From Euglena gracilis (Eukaryota), in contig CP154954.1 in NCBI GenBank assembly GCA_039621445.1, positions 21,190,642 to 21,254,641 of the forward strand: 64,000 nucleotides of DNA, given 5' to 3'. Positions 12,705 to 24,590 of this stretch are shown one piece after another. The notes under the pieces are model-generated. The model did not search any database. It worked only from the letters and a program-made list of their open reading frames with translations, and was not told where the DNA came from. How positions within the stretch are numbered: position 1 is the first letter of the stretch; the number at the start of each line of letters is the position of its first letter. The position numbers and the translations under genes are program-made.

Positions 12705-15700
12705 ATTGCGGGGGTCAGACCTTAGGTTTAGCTCCTTTACGTAGGGTGTTGGGGATTCATGACACAAAATCTTTCCACTCGCTAGCCCTCTGGACTCCAT
12801 CCTGAGTCCTGTGTTTAAAATGCAGTCCTCCAGTTTGTACTCGGTCAGACGGCGATAACACCCTCTTGGTCTATGGGTTGCGTATGAAACACTCAGCCCG
12901 GCATAGCTGGTGTATTTTGTGTGTGTTTTTTAAAAAGAACGTTTTTTATGATTTTTTTTGAAAAAAAAGAGACAACTGTTTGAAAAACAAAGGGGAAAAC
13001 AATGAGACAGATTCCCCTTGATCGCAAAGGTGATATCAAAATGGACCAAAATGCTTCAAAATTCTTGGTGAAAATCCACACAAAAATCACCGATTTTGAT
13101 CACTTTTGATAAATTTTCTTGTCAAAACCATGTCTGGGGGCTCCGGCTTCACGCCCAAACCGGCGTCTGGGAAGCGGCGTGAAGCTGTCTGGGGGACCAA
13201 AAATAGTGCCAAAACGTGTCCAAAATGCTTTGTAGACACGTGGTAAACATATCTGAGAAATTTTGGGGGGTCTTCGGCCAGGCACCGGCTTTACGTCCGA
13301 ACCGTCGTCTGGGACACAATTCTCGGGGTAGAAACCATCCAATTTTGCCTTGACATGGTCTATAGATGTAAAAAAAAGGCTTGTATTTGAAATAAAAAAA
13401 AATTGCCCACAACCCTCAGTGGTGTTTTTTTTTTGTTATTTGTTGTTTTTCTAAAAATATTTTTGGAGAAAAAACTTTCTGGGCTTCGTTTTAAACGAGC
13501 TGCCAGCTGTGCCAGCGTTGGATGGACAGGCATTCCAGAAGCACACTGCAGGCAGAGGGAAACAAAAAAAATTGGCAAGTACCAAAAACCTGCAAAAAAC
13601 CTCCAAAACTGCCAGACCACGGAGTACCAAACGTCTGAAAAAACAGTTCAGAATATTTTCAAAAGGGTTCCAAAACTTTTGGCAAAGTGTGCAAAATTAT
13701 GGCAAAAAGCACACAAATATTTTCAAAGAAGTACAAAAATTTTTGGCAAAAATGCCAAAAATTATGGCAAAACATCACAGAAGCTGTGAGTGTTAGGTGT
13801 AATTGTAAGACCATAGATTTGGGTGTGTGGTTTTATATTTTAGTTCTTATCTCTTTGGTGAGAACAAAGCTTACCACCAAGGAAAGGGAGTGCCAACCCC
13901 CCTCTGCCCCCTCCCTAGTCCGGGTAGTAACGCCACATTATCACCCATTTCTTCAATTGGCTTGCAATTGGATCTTGGATTTCCAAAAACCTCTTTTCGA
14001 CTCCCAACTCCCCGACAGGTCAGAGTTATTCAGCGGGGGTTCAACCTGGATGGGATTTGCCACCCCCCCCCTATTTAGACATTTCGCCAAAATAATTTAG
14101 GGCAAATAAGGATTTGTTTATTCATTTATTTACCGTATCCCCCCAAGCTATTCCCACCACAGGACCCTTACTGACCAATGGGAACAATATGGCGTATGGC
14201 GGGGAACAGCTCGGGGGGGAGGCTTGGTCCCCTCCCCCGAGCTGTTCCCATTTTTGGGCTGGCCAACCTCGGACAGCCCAAAAAATGTCATTTTTGCAAC
14301 CTTTTTGAACATGGTAGATTTGATTCATCAATTAATCAACTAATTGTTTGTCATCGCAGATGAATCGAATCGTTCGGCCCAGGGCGATTAAGCGTTCATC
14401 GTGGATCTCAATCACGATGGGCACGATATTTGGTGAAAACACAGGATTTTGAACACTACCCAATCAGATAATACGTGACTTACTGGTCCATCATTGAACA
14501 CAATGGTTAAAAGTGACCAATGAGTCAACGAAGGTGCCGCTGAAATGTTGCGCAATTCTTATTAAGATTCAGTGGTTCGTAATCTGCTTCGTTCAGCCAT
14601 GGCGACTCAGAATTGAGCAAGAATTCATTAGTGGGCACGCAAAGAAATGGTTCGTGTTCAATATTCGAATTTCTCACACAGAATCATTTGCAAAAATCAG
14701 AAGAGACCAACTAATAATTAATCGTCCGAGATCACAATGAATTGTTCGCCTGCTCAAAACGATTAATTGGCACAACCCTCCGGTGTGCATTGTGGCTGAT
14801 TTTCTGTGCCTGTTATCCCTCCTTTTGGCCTGGCGCTGTTTTTCACCTGTGTCCCTTTTTGTCTTTGTACGTGGAGGTGGCCGGAGCTTGGCGGGGCTTA
14901 CCTTGTTTACTGCGCCGGCCACCAAGCAGCTGCCAGGCACATACTCCACTTTAGTTAGGGGGGTCTCCTTCACCGCAACAAAACCATCGGGCAGTCCACA
15001 ACCCCAGCAGGTGTGGTTCCCAACTCGGTGGACAGGTCCACTCAATTGGGAACAGGAACAAACTCAGGCCCAGAGGCACCTCCTGGGCAGCTGTGTCCCA
15101 CAAGCACACCCACTCGGAACCCGGTCAGGCACCCCCCCCCTTCCTGGGGGGAAAAGCGAACCTAATTTCAGCTGCCATCTCCATCACCGCTCCCAGCCGG
15201 CAGTCTGCAACCCTCCCGGACCCCTCGCAATGCCAACCCCCACCCCAGCCAGCAGGCTCGCCATGGCGTGCCGACCCCCCTCTTAGTTTTAACACAATGG
15301 CTCGAAATCCCAGTCGTCAATAGATGATAACATATGATCATTGAAAAAAATCAATGACAGACAAAAACTGAAAATTGAAATATGAAGGACCTTTCACATG
15401 AAAAAAAAATCTGCACAATATAAAAAGAAAAAAGTACAAATGCATGCAAGCAAAAAAAGTTCAACAAGAAAACATAACCCCCCTATCCTATTCCCAAAGG
15501 GGGGATGGGGGATGGGGCGTCTTTTAATGAAGACCGTGCTGACATATTTTTGCAAATGGGGGGAGGGGGAAAATTTTTTTCGTCCCAGATGATTTTGTGC
15601 AACATTCCCAGCCCGACGGGTCGAATTTTCAAAAACTATCACATTTGCGACAAAAAATTCCTCTGGAAGAATTTTTTTCAATTTGGGTGAATTTGGGTTA

Positions 15701-16378
15701 AAATAATCAATTTTGGGGGAAAAGTTCAAAAATGCTCTTTTTTGTGGTCTTCTTCCCATCATTTCCTTGTTTTTGTGTTTTGTTGCTTTTGGTGGCTTTC
15801 AAGATCCAGAAAAAAATGAAAATTTGGGCGGTTTTGGGCTGATTTTTTGGACAAAAAAGTCTCAAAAAAATTTGCAAAGATGGCCTGGCATGGCGTGGCG
15901 AGGGGGTCCGAAATGGGGAGAGGGAAAAAAAATGGACCTGAGTTGCTTGTCAACCGCAGGTTATCCGAAGAAGACCAAGATGAACGCTCGTAGACAAGCT
16001 CCAACATTGATGAAAAAAACCGAGGATTTCTTTACAATCTTCAAAGTTGGTCCAAACAAAATCTCTTTTTCAAGAAATGAACAACCATGATATCTTTCTG
16101 GGCTTCAATCACAAAGGAAGGTATGGCAACCAAATGAAAATCTGAAACCAAAAAAAACACCAATGAAACAGTGACGGACGTGTTGGATCTTGTTTGTAAA
16201 TGCAAAAATGCAAACGATCTTCAAGGAAATGCTTCCAAGGCCGACACACCAACAATACATTAGAGAGTTCTTGGGAGGGCAGTTGCAAACGTCACAGAAA
16301 ACGAGCAAACCCCCTTCCGGGGGTACCAACCCAACCTGACCCACTCCACCGCTCTCCCACCCTCCCGGTCCAACCTTT

Positions 16379-16428
16379 AAGTCGGTGACCCCCCCCACCG
16401 GACTCAGGACAAAGCCGGTGACCCCCTA
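16379..16428 (+). repeat. Left terminal inverted repeat of YR element (50 bp)
   Basis: Exact reverse complement of 18750-18799; further GGACAAAGCCGGTGA motif copies extend to about 16500. Confidence 0.85.
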
Positions 16429-16734
16429 CGATGGACTCAGGGGTGACAAAGCCGGTGAGGGGGGGTCACCGGCTTTGTCCTGAGTCCGGTGACCCCCCCC
16501 CAATTTTTAGAAATGAGTGGATGAATCGTGTGGGGATGTGTGGGACAACCAATTACAAGCCAGAAAAGGCCACCATCCACTGAGACGCCAGGAGGACCAC
16601 AAGATTGCCAGGCACAGCACGAGGACAGAGAGAGAGCTGCCACCAAAAAAAACCTGGTACAAGCATCAAGCATACGTAATGCTATTGGTAGGTTCCAGGA
16701 GGAAAAAAATGGTGGCAGACAATTGGTGTGATCC

Positions 16735-18698
16735 TCATTGCTTACGCTTCATGTTCAAAACACGAGCGGGCATGGGGGGCATCTCCCTGCCATCACAACG
16801 AGGACAACACCAACTGTTGCGAGGAGGGGGCATGGTACGGCCAGCGCAATCAAGGTGCCAAAATTCGTGGCATGAGTCGCAGTCCATAGGGCGTAGCAAA
16901 CCGCGTTTGCCCAACGGCAGAAAACACCGAGCACAAGGCTTTCCTTGCATGCGCTCCTCGGTGGTTTCCGTCTTTAGTACGGGGAACGGGTTAGGAAGGT
17001 TATCCATGATGACCGAGGTGGCAGCTCCCTCCGGTGCCGGCGGCGCAGCGAAGACCGCCTCCCGGTACTCGGCCTTCTTGGCCGCCAGGTAGCGCTCCAA
17101 GCTGTACTGCGAGCAAACCACGGGCTCCTGGGAGAATAAGCAATCGGGTGCAAGAAAATGACCAGGACACAACCTCGTCACTAGAGTTCTCGTCGACAAC
17201 GATGATTTCGCCACGATATTGAACAGTGCGAGGACGTTTTACACGTGGCTGCAAGGAAAAGACATTTTAATTTCATTTAAATGGCGGAGAAATGTGACCT
17301 GACGAGGTGCATCCACATCGAAGACCTCAGATTTTACGCATATGACCTCGGGTTCCTCGGACTTCGGCTGCTCCACCTTCACATCCTCCTCTTTCGTTGG
17401 ACCTTCAAGTTTCACACTCGGTTCCTTCTTTTCTGGCTTGAAGGTGGACTATGAAAAAGCACGTGAAGGAAAATAGTTTTGGGAGGTGGCACCTTGGACA
17501 GAACGGCAGCAGCTTGCAACTGCACGTCACTCGGTAAGGCCCTGTGGTACCGGTCCATAGTCCGCGGTACCACGCCCACAACACGAGCGGCATTGTGTGC
17601 ACCCATGGAATTGACCAAGCGGGTGAAAACAGGCCGCCTGGCACAGTCCCGAAAGGTCACTGGGCGGCCAAGGACTCCACGCGCCCACAGGACAGCCCCT
17701 TTGAAAGTTGCCATTGTGGCTGGTTTTGTCTGCTCCTTGCGTTTTTTGCTGTCGCGTGCTGCTGACATGTAGCCACCGCCAAGGAAAAATGGTCCATTGC
17801 GGTCATCTGACTCCACAACGGCGAGTTGGCGACGGTACGCGGCAATGGGGCATAACTTTTCATTTTCATGGGCAAACAGAATTTGCTCGTGTGCTTCTTT
17901 GGAAGAGCCTCCTTGTAAATTTTTCATCTTACCAAATTTGACTTTCAAAATTGGTTGGCCGTCTTCCATGTTTTCCGGATGAAAATTTCCAATGCGAAGA
18001 AGCTCCATGCTTTCTGCCCGTTGCCCCAAATTGTACGACAGCACAAGGATGTTGTACCGTTGGGTTTCAAACCAGGAATCCCACTTGGTCTGTGAATGTA
18101 GCTTGAGCATATCCGAATCGTCCAATACCCGCACCTCCGGTTGACGTGCTTTAAACTTCTTCAGCCGGGATGAACATGAGTCCACAAATCGAACAAAAAT
18201 TGGAAATTGGCTTTTTGCTTTGGGGACGATTACGTGCTCAGGCTTTGTCAATTTGTACATCACAGCCAAGGCGTTGACGTAAGTTGTCAACGTCTGCGGA
18301 ACCCATTCATACATGGGCACCCCAGCCTGCCGACACAGAAGCTGCCTTTGGGCCTTGTGGGCAATCTTTTCTGCTTCTGTGTCAAAGATGGCGTGCACTG
18401 TGAGCACATGCTTCGCAAAAGCGCACATGTACTCGTCTAGGTCATCAGTTTTGTAGCCTCTCACATCACAAATTTTTTGGAAATTGGTAAGAGCTACATA
18501 CCCCCCTTTCTGATTTTTGGCACTTCCATCGGGCTGAGGTACAGATTCTGTAAAAATGTCCCCAAAAAGCACTGTATCCGCAGATTCTTTTTTCATTGGG
18601 GATTCCGTGAATTCTTTCAACCTTGCCAAAAAGGCACTGGGGGTGGGTGTGGGTCCCAAGCCAGCCTCAGCTACCACAACGGCCTGTGCCGGCATCAT
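16735..18698 (-). CDS. Tyrosine recombinase (DUF3504/Crypton-like) fused to a C-terminal PHD finger, 4 exons, about 607 aa
   Basis: Exons 18698-17493, 17448-17299, 17248-17174 and 17127-16735, joined by phase-0 GT-AG introns of 44, 50 and 46 nt, give one open frame. YR motifs: LGQRAES, KMKNLQGG, LCPIAAY, PFFL, DCARR, DRY. PHD C4HC3: CARC...CDSCHEFWHLDC...WCCPRC. Confidence 0.85.
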
Positions 18699-18703
18699 TT
18701 TGG

Positions 18704-18740
18704 CTGTGGGAAACAAGAAACAAATAATGAAAAACAGAAT
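18704..18740 (-). promoter_or_regulatory. Polypyrimidine tract plus AG acceptor just upstream of the YR start codon (probable spliced-leader trans-splice acceptor)
   Basis: Minus strand reads TTCTGTTTTTCATTATTTGTTTCTTGTTTCCCACAG|CCAAAATGATG. No obvious upstream coding exon in the element. The SL interpretation is inference from the euglenozoan context. Confidence 0.5.
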
Positions 18741-18749
18741 TTTCCTCAT

Positions 18750-18799
18750 TAGGGGGTCACCGGCTTTGTCCTGAGTCCGGTGGGGGGGGTCACCGACTT
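18750..18799 (-). repeat. Right sub-terminal inverted repeat of YR element
   Basis: Exact reverse complement of 16379-16428; lies about 138 nt inside the right end. Confidence 0.85.
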
Positions 18800-18804
18800 A
18801 TAGC

Positions 18805-18927
18805 AAGACCCCCCCCTCACCGGCTTTGTCCTGAGTCCGGTGGGGGGGGTCACCGGCTTTGTCCTTCGGACAAAGCCGGTGACCCCCCCCACCGGACTCA
18901 GGACAAAGCCGGTGAGGGGGGGGTCTT
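18805..18927. repeat. Perfect 60-bp-stem hairpin, TTC loop
   Basis: Arms 18805-18864 and 18868-18927 are exact reverse complements; centre GTCC-TTC-GGAC. Confidence 0.9.
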
Positions 18928-20119
18928 TCTTGATATAGAGCCCCCCCTCCTCTTGGGGTTGGCACGGGAGAACTAAGGTTTCCAGTACGAACCGGCTCCC
19001 GCCCCGGGAGGTTGTCTTATGGGGAATGCTATCCCCACATTCCCCAACATGAGACACTGTATTTATCTTTATTTTGCATCTGGCCCGAGTTAAGCCCATT
19101 TTGCTAGGCGCAGGTCCAAAAAAAGGACCAAAACCAGGGCCTATCTACCAACATGAAAACTGTGTATTTTGGAAATAACTGCCTAGGGCCACGAGTCGTC
19201 AAAAGGGCCCAATAGAAGAATTGCAACACCCGTGCAACACCCTATCCAATGGCACCTGGCTCCATGGGTGACCAAAGTTGCACCCCACATCCGTAACCCC
19301 ATTTCTTCGTTTTCCGGCCATTTCTGGTTCTCTTTGGCCAGCATCGCATCCCAAAAATGAATCGTTGTGGTTTTCTGGTCAGATGTCCAAGCACCATCTA
19401 GGTCATCACTCATATTTTCCAGTACTCCTGGACATTGGGGAGGGGGGGAGAAAGTTAATGTGGCCTCCTTTCCAAGACTATTTTCAGCCGTAAACACATT
19501 CTGTCACGTCGAGCACCTCCTTGACCACCCCAAAAACAGCAAAAAAAAATCCGCCAAGCACAAATGGCCATTTCTCGGGCCAGGTGGAGAGTTGGACTAA
19601 AAAAGCGAACAAACGACATGTCGGGCGTTCCCAAGGCTTTCTTTTAGGTCGCCGGACATTTCTTTTGATTCCCCATTATTTTTGGGTAATACTAAAGAAA
19701 TTGGTTTCTCAATCCAAAAATGGCCAAAAACGACAGAGTTGAAGCGTGAGATGCTGTGTTGGAGCGTAAATTGGCCATGTCTTGGGCTAGTGGATTGCGG
19801 TGAAATTAGTTTGGGGGTTTCAGGGGCTCTGGACATTTTGCTTGGTTTTGTGTCATTTTCCAGATGTTTGGCATTTCGCAATTTTTTAGCCAAAAAAAAA
19901 CGCCTGAAATTGGCCGAAAAATGGCCGTATCTCAGGCGAGGTGGGGAGTTGGAAAAAAAAAAGTGAAGATACGGGGTGTTATGGGGTGAGGCACGTCCGT
20001 CCTGGGCTTGACATTTTGCTACATTTTTGAAGGTTTTTGCCATTTTCTTTCTCAGAGCGACCTAAAATAAAGCTCTGGGCCGTGCCGGGCTGTCGGGCCA
20101 CCAGAATTATGCGGTCTTG

Positions 20120-21168
20120 CAGGCGGGGGAAAAATGCGGAAATTATGCGGAAAAATGCGGAAAAATGCGAAAATTATGCGGAAATTATGCGGAAATTATG
20201 CGGGAAAAAAATGCGGAAAATATGCGGAAAAATGCGGAAAATGCGGAAAATATGCCGAAATTCTGTGGAGTCCCAGGTCACATGGAGAAGACAGATATAT
20301 TTCTACCTCACAATATGCAGGGTCCCGATGCTATTTGATTTCCATCGCCGATGCCCAAGCTTGCCAGAAGTCACCAAAATGCAATGGAAAAACAAAGCAC
20401 AATAAAAATGTTCAGCGGCTTTTAGAATCAGTTCTCAGAATTGCAACGTTCATTTGCACTTCTTTTCCACAACCCCCAAAAAAGGCAATAAATCAAATTT
20501 CTTGTTTTTTTTCTTAGTTTTTTTTTCTGTGGTTTTTGTGGGTTTTTTTGCCATTTCTTTGTGGTCCAACCTCCGTGCATTTTGTGACAAAGCCCACTGA
20601 TCGGCATCCAGCTGTCCACAAACGGAAAAAAACCTTTCCACACTTGAAGTGGCGACCGGGGTGGAAATCAGAAACAAAACACGTTCACGAAAAAGAGATG
20701 GCCGATGCGTCTTCCACCATTCAATCAACTCCTCTGGGCCGTCAATATCCCTTTTTGTGCATTGCAAATATTGTATGAAATCTTCATCACATCCATCCAA
20801 ACGCTGATGACATAAGAGGCAAATTATTTGGGTTGAGCACGCGAAGTTGACGGTAAAACTCAATTTGTTCCTTGCTTTTCTCAAAGCGAACATTCAAACC
20901 GTCCTGCAACGATTTCAAAACTCTGATGAACATATCACGCAGAAACTGGGCTTGCACCTGAACTAGGACCCTTTTGGAGAAAAAAAAGAGGCAGACAAAT
21001 TATGCATAAATCAGAGAGATGAAAAGACGAGCACTTGTGCTCCAACATATTGGGGAAACAATGAACCTTGTAGTTGACCTAAACGTAAAAAAATTACAAA
21101 AAATGCGGAAATTATGCGGAAAAATGCGGGAAAATGCGGAAAAAATGCGGTAATGGGGGTTCGAGGGT

Positions 21169-21204
<36 letters not shown>

Positions 21205-21338
21205 AAAAAAAAAGAAGAAAAAAGAATAAAAGAAAATATGCGGAAAAAAAAAATATGCCGGGGAAAAAATGCGGAAAAATGCGGAATAATGCAGAATAAT
21301 GCGGAATAATGCGGGCCGCTTAATTTCCCCCCCCCCTG
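20120..21338 (-). mobile_element. Internally deleted hAT transposon
   Basis: Ends CAGGCGGGGGAAAAATGCG ... CGCTTAATTTCCCCCCCCCCTG. AAATGCGG subterminal arrays at both ends. Carries a hAT dimerisation-domain fragment. TSD not preserved. Confidence 0.6.
20564..20788 (-). pseudogene. hAT transposase C-terminal dimerisation domain fragment
   Basis: YLQ...LIEWWKTHRPSLFRERVLFLISTPVATSSVERFFS matches the hAT dimerisation signature WW...P.L...L..P.TS..VER.FS. Confidence 0.8.
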
Positions 21339-24163
21339 GGCCAGGCCTTTGGGCTGACGGGCCGGACTAGGCAAGGCGGAGCCCCTGGGCCATCAGGCTG
21401 GACCGGGCCAGGCCACTATGCATGTTGCTAAAATTTTCTTCGGATTGTAGTAATCAAAGCTTGGTCCATTTGGGGGAGTATCCAAAATACAAAGGAAAAG
21501 TCAGATGGGGCAAGAGAAAATGACCCTCAGTCAGGCCTTGGGTCATTAAAGAGGGGTGGTCCGTTTTAGGAGTGGGGGGTGGGGGGTCAAGTCACCACAC
21601 GGAGGATGGAAAAAAACTAGCACATGGAATTTCCAGGGCTTGGAAAAAAAGATCAACTTAAAACTTGCAAATGCAATCTTCCAACAAGGAACCAGATTTA
21701 TGTGACACTTGGACAGATGAGTCAAAACACTTTCAAGGAGCAACGCATCAAAACAACATTGAAGCATCAACTCTGCAGAAGGGATTCTTCGTGACTTTGA
21801 AAAAGGATCTCATCCAGATTTTTCTTGATTCCCACATACCCCTCGACTGGACTGAGGTTGAGGTTAGTGGGAAAAAACCTCAACCTGAACGTCAACAACC
21901 TCTACCTCAACCTCAACCCCAATGAAACCGTCCAAATTCAGAAAATTGAACAGGCAAAAGGCATTGATTGGACAATCCTTCCTCAAAGGTGATATGTGTG
22001 TGCACAAACCTGCAAGTTTGTGCACATCATATCTGAAAAAAAATGTGCAGGTTGGAGATTTTAAACTTGAGATAAATGACCAATGGCCCAATTTTTGAAA
22101 GATTCCAGTAATTTGCCACTTTTTGTACATTTTTCACATTTTTCACACTTTTTTTTGCCATTGAGTATTTTTCCTTCGAATTCAGACACAAACGTAAACG
22201 TGACATTGAGGAAACATTGGGGCGATGGCAATACGGTTGAGGTTTTTTGGGGACCCCCCTCCCCCCCCCCTGTACAGTTGGGATTTTCGGGACCCCCCCC
22301 CTAATGCCGACCTCCCCGAGACAGATGAAAATTTTGACACCAAAAGTGGCCTTTTTAGACAAAAAAAGCCTTAAAATTTTTCCGGCGCCTTTGGCGCCAG
22401 GTTTTTGGCCGATTTTTGAGGGGGGGGTTGGCAGTACAGTTGGGACCCCAGGATCCCCCGGTGTTGAGACAGTACAGCAAAAAGTGCCAAAAAATGCAAA
22501 AAAAACTGACCTCGGGACCCCCCTCCCCCTGCCAACGCTCCATTGAGGCAAACTCAATTTCAACCTCAATCTCGGGGGCTAGGCGCGGTTTGGGGGGGGG
22601 GGGTCCAGGACCCCCCTCCCCCCCGTCGCGCGGTCGCTCGCGCACCCGCAAGCCCCCCTTGACCCCCCTGTCTGACACTGTGCCTGGCTTCCCCAATAAA
22701 AAAAAATGCGAAAAAAATCGCCATTTTTTTGAGGCCCAAAAATGGCAAAAAATGTCCATTTTCAGACGCAGAGAGCGCGGCCCAAACGGCACTTTTTTAA
22801 AAATAAAAAAAGGCCCCCAAATGGCCAAAAAAATACCTCTTTTTGACCTAAAAATCACCGAGTTCAGGCCATGCGCAGCGCGGTCGCCCTTGGACCCCCA
22901 TCCCCCCCCCCCCCGGCCGCTCGCCCCCCTCAGCCCCCCCCCCTGCTGTGACTAACCTCCCTCAACCTCAACCTCAATTCCTCAATCCAGCCCCGCTCCT
23001 GGCGCCCCCGGGTGTCCAAGGGTCCTCATCACGGACGAAGCGGTGATAACAATCGTATGGGGGATGCCCACCGCATGGGGCATAGGTTCATCCTCACCGA
23101 CCCGGCTCAGGCCGGAGACTCCGAAGCCCCAGCCCCCGACATCCTCCCCGACCCGGCAGTGACCGGAGGCCCCGCGGCCCTATCCCCCGACATCCTCTGC
23201 GACCCGGCTGGGAAGACCGGAGACACCGTTGTTCCACATCACCATCCTGGAGCCACAACCCCCAAATGGGGTCTTCCACCTTAGACTATGATCGACACCA
23301 TCCCCAAACTGGGACCCTGCAAGTGACCATTATCGAGCCCACCCCCATCACAGCAGGAGCAGAAGCCGGACCCCCTCATCCCGAAGGGATGCATGCCACA
23401 TGAAGCAGAATGTCTACAGAAGAGCCCCAGCCCAGTCCTCCCAAGGAAGCATGGACCAGCAGATGCATGCCCTGGCAGGGGGCAGGATGGACATGGCTCT
23501 GCTCCAGCTACATCAACAACAGCTACAACACATGCAGCATATGCAGCAAATGCTGTACATCCAGAACAAGCTTCTGCAGCCAAACTCTCAACACATGCAG
23601 CAGATGCTACAGCCCCAACAAAGGCCACCCCAGCCAGATCCCCAGCCAACTCAACCATACTCACCGCGAGCTTCGACCAGTTCCATAGCAACCACGACAA
23701 CATCGACCTCGACGTCATCGTCCAACTGCCAAGAGAGAAGACGTGTGACCAGTGTGACCTCACGTACAACGTCACATACAACCTATTTTTGGAACTTTTG
23801 GGTCCAAAAACAGATCCAATTAGGAATTTATCACACTTTTTCGGCAATTTTGATTCCTAATTTGGGTGCCAATTCCTAATTGGGTGCCATTTTTTGGCTC
23901 CTACTGGGATGCGGAAACCCTCCATGTGTGGGTCGCGGGGGGGTCGCGGGGGGGGTCGCGGGGTTACACCCCCTGAGCAGGTCATCGGCCAGAAACTAGG
24001 GATTTTTGTGTAATGCCATTCCCTTTGGTCAATTTTGGTGAATTTTTGAAATAGAATACCATGCGGCATGCCTGAAATGGAGGCTATGCAGTCGAGTTCG
24101 GGTCCCAAAACCCCCCTCCTCCCCTTGTCTAGTTGAGTTCGGAACTCGACAAGGGAGATCCGG

Positions 24164-24590
24164 CAGTAGACTTTGGTCACTTTGACCACCCCCTCCCCCC
24201 CCCCTATGGTGAAGTTCATCGTTTGAAAGTTCACTGGGGGGTCCCGGACCCCCTCCCCCCCCTCTCTGCCTAACCCACCGGTGAACTTCACCGGTGATGT
24301 TCACCAAGAGAGCACTTTTTGGCCAAAAATGGACAAAAATGACATTTTTGGGCAAGTTTTCGGAAATTTCGATTAAATTCCATGAAGCATCGGCCTCGAA
24401 ATGACCATTTTGAGAGGAAAGGAACAAAATTTCACCCATGAAAATTTCACCCCCAACCATCAAAACAGTGAACTTCACCGGTGTACTTCACCGGTGAACT
24501 TCACCGCCAAAAGTACCCCCCCCCCTCCTCCCCCGGTGAACGTTCACCGGTGAAGTTCACCGGGAGGTCCACAGCCCCCCCCTCGTACTA
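24164..24590. repeat. Interspersed repeat rich in palindromic GGTGAAGTTCACC / CCGGTGAACTTCA motifs
   Basis: Inverted homolog at about 29240-29842; ends not resolved. Confidence 0.55.

Larger units (their letters stand above)
16379..18937 (-). mobile_element. Tyrosine-recombinase (Crypton-like) DNA transposon with asymmetric inverted repeats and terminal hairpin; apparently intact
   Basis: Contains the YR-PHD gene. 16379-16428 is a perfect inverted repeat of 18750-18799. A 60-bp perfect hairpin lies at 18805-18927, followed by a 10-nt tail. Flanks read TTT|AA...TA|GA with no TSD. Boundaries are inferred by analogy with 26639-27601, which has an empty site. Confidence 0.8.

Noticed and set aside
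14742-15286. Hydrophobic ORFs as the missing signal/TM exon of the GH31 gene
   Set aside because: No supportable splice path to 28645 was found; it cannot be assigned without cDNA.
16381-16500. Clustered GGACAAAGCCGGTGA repeats as a CRISPR-like array
   Set aside because: Mixed orientations, no regular unique spacers and no cas genes; explained as terminal repeats of the YR element.
18699-18749. Upstream ATG extending the YR ORF (MRKILFFIICFLF, signal-like)
   Set aside because: The segment is a polypyrimidine tract ending in CAG just before a second ATG, so it is more likely a splice acceptor than coding.
20037-20517. MRK/CGK/AE-rich overlapping ORFs, and F-rich ORFs at 46354-46931 and 35864-36256
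   Set aside because: They are translations of subterminal TE repeats (AAATGCGG, TTTTTGCGCA) or low-complexity T-rich sequence.
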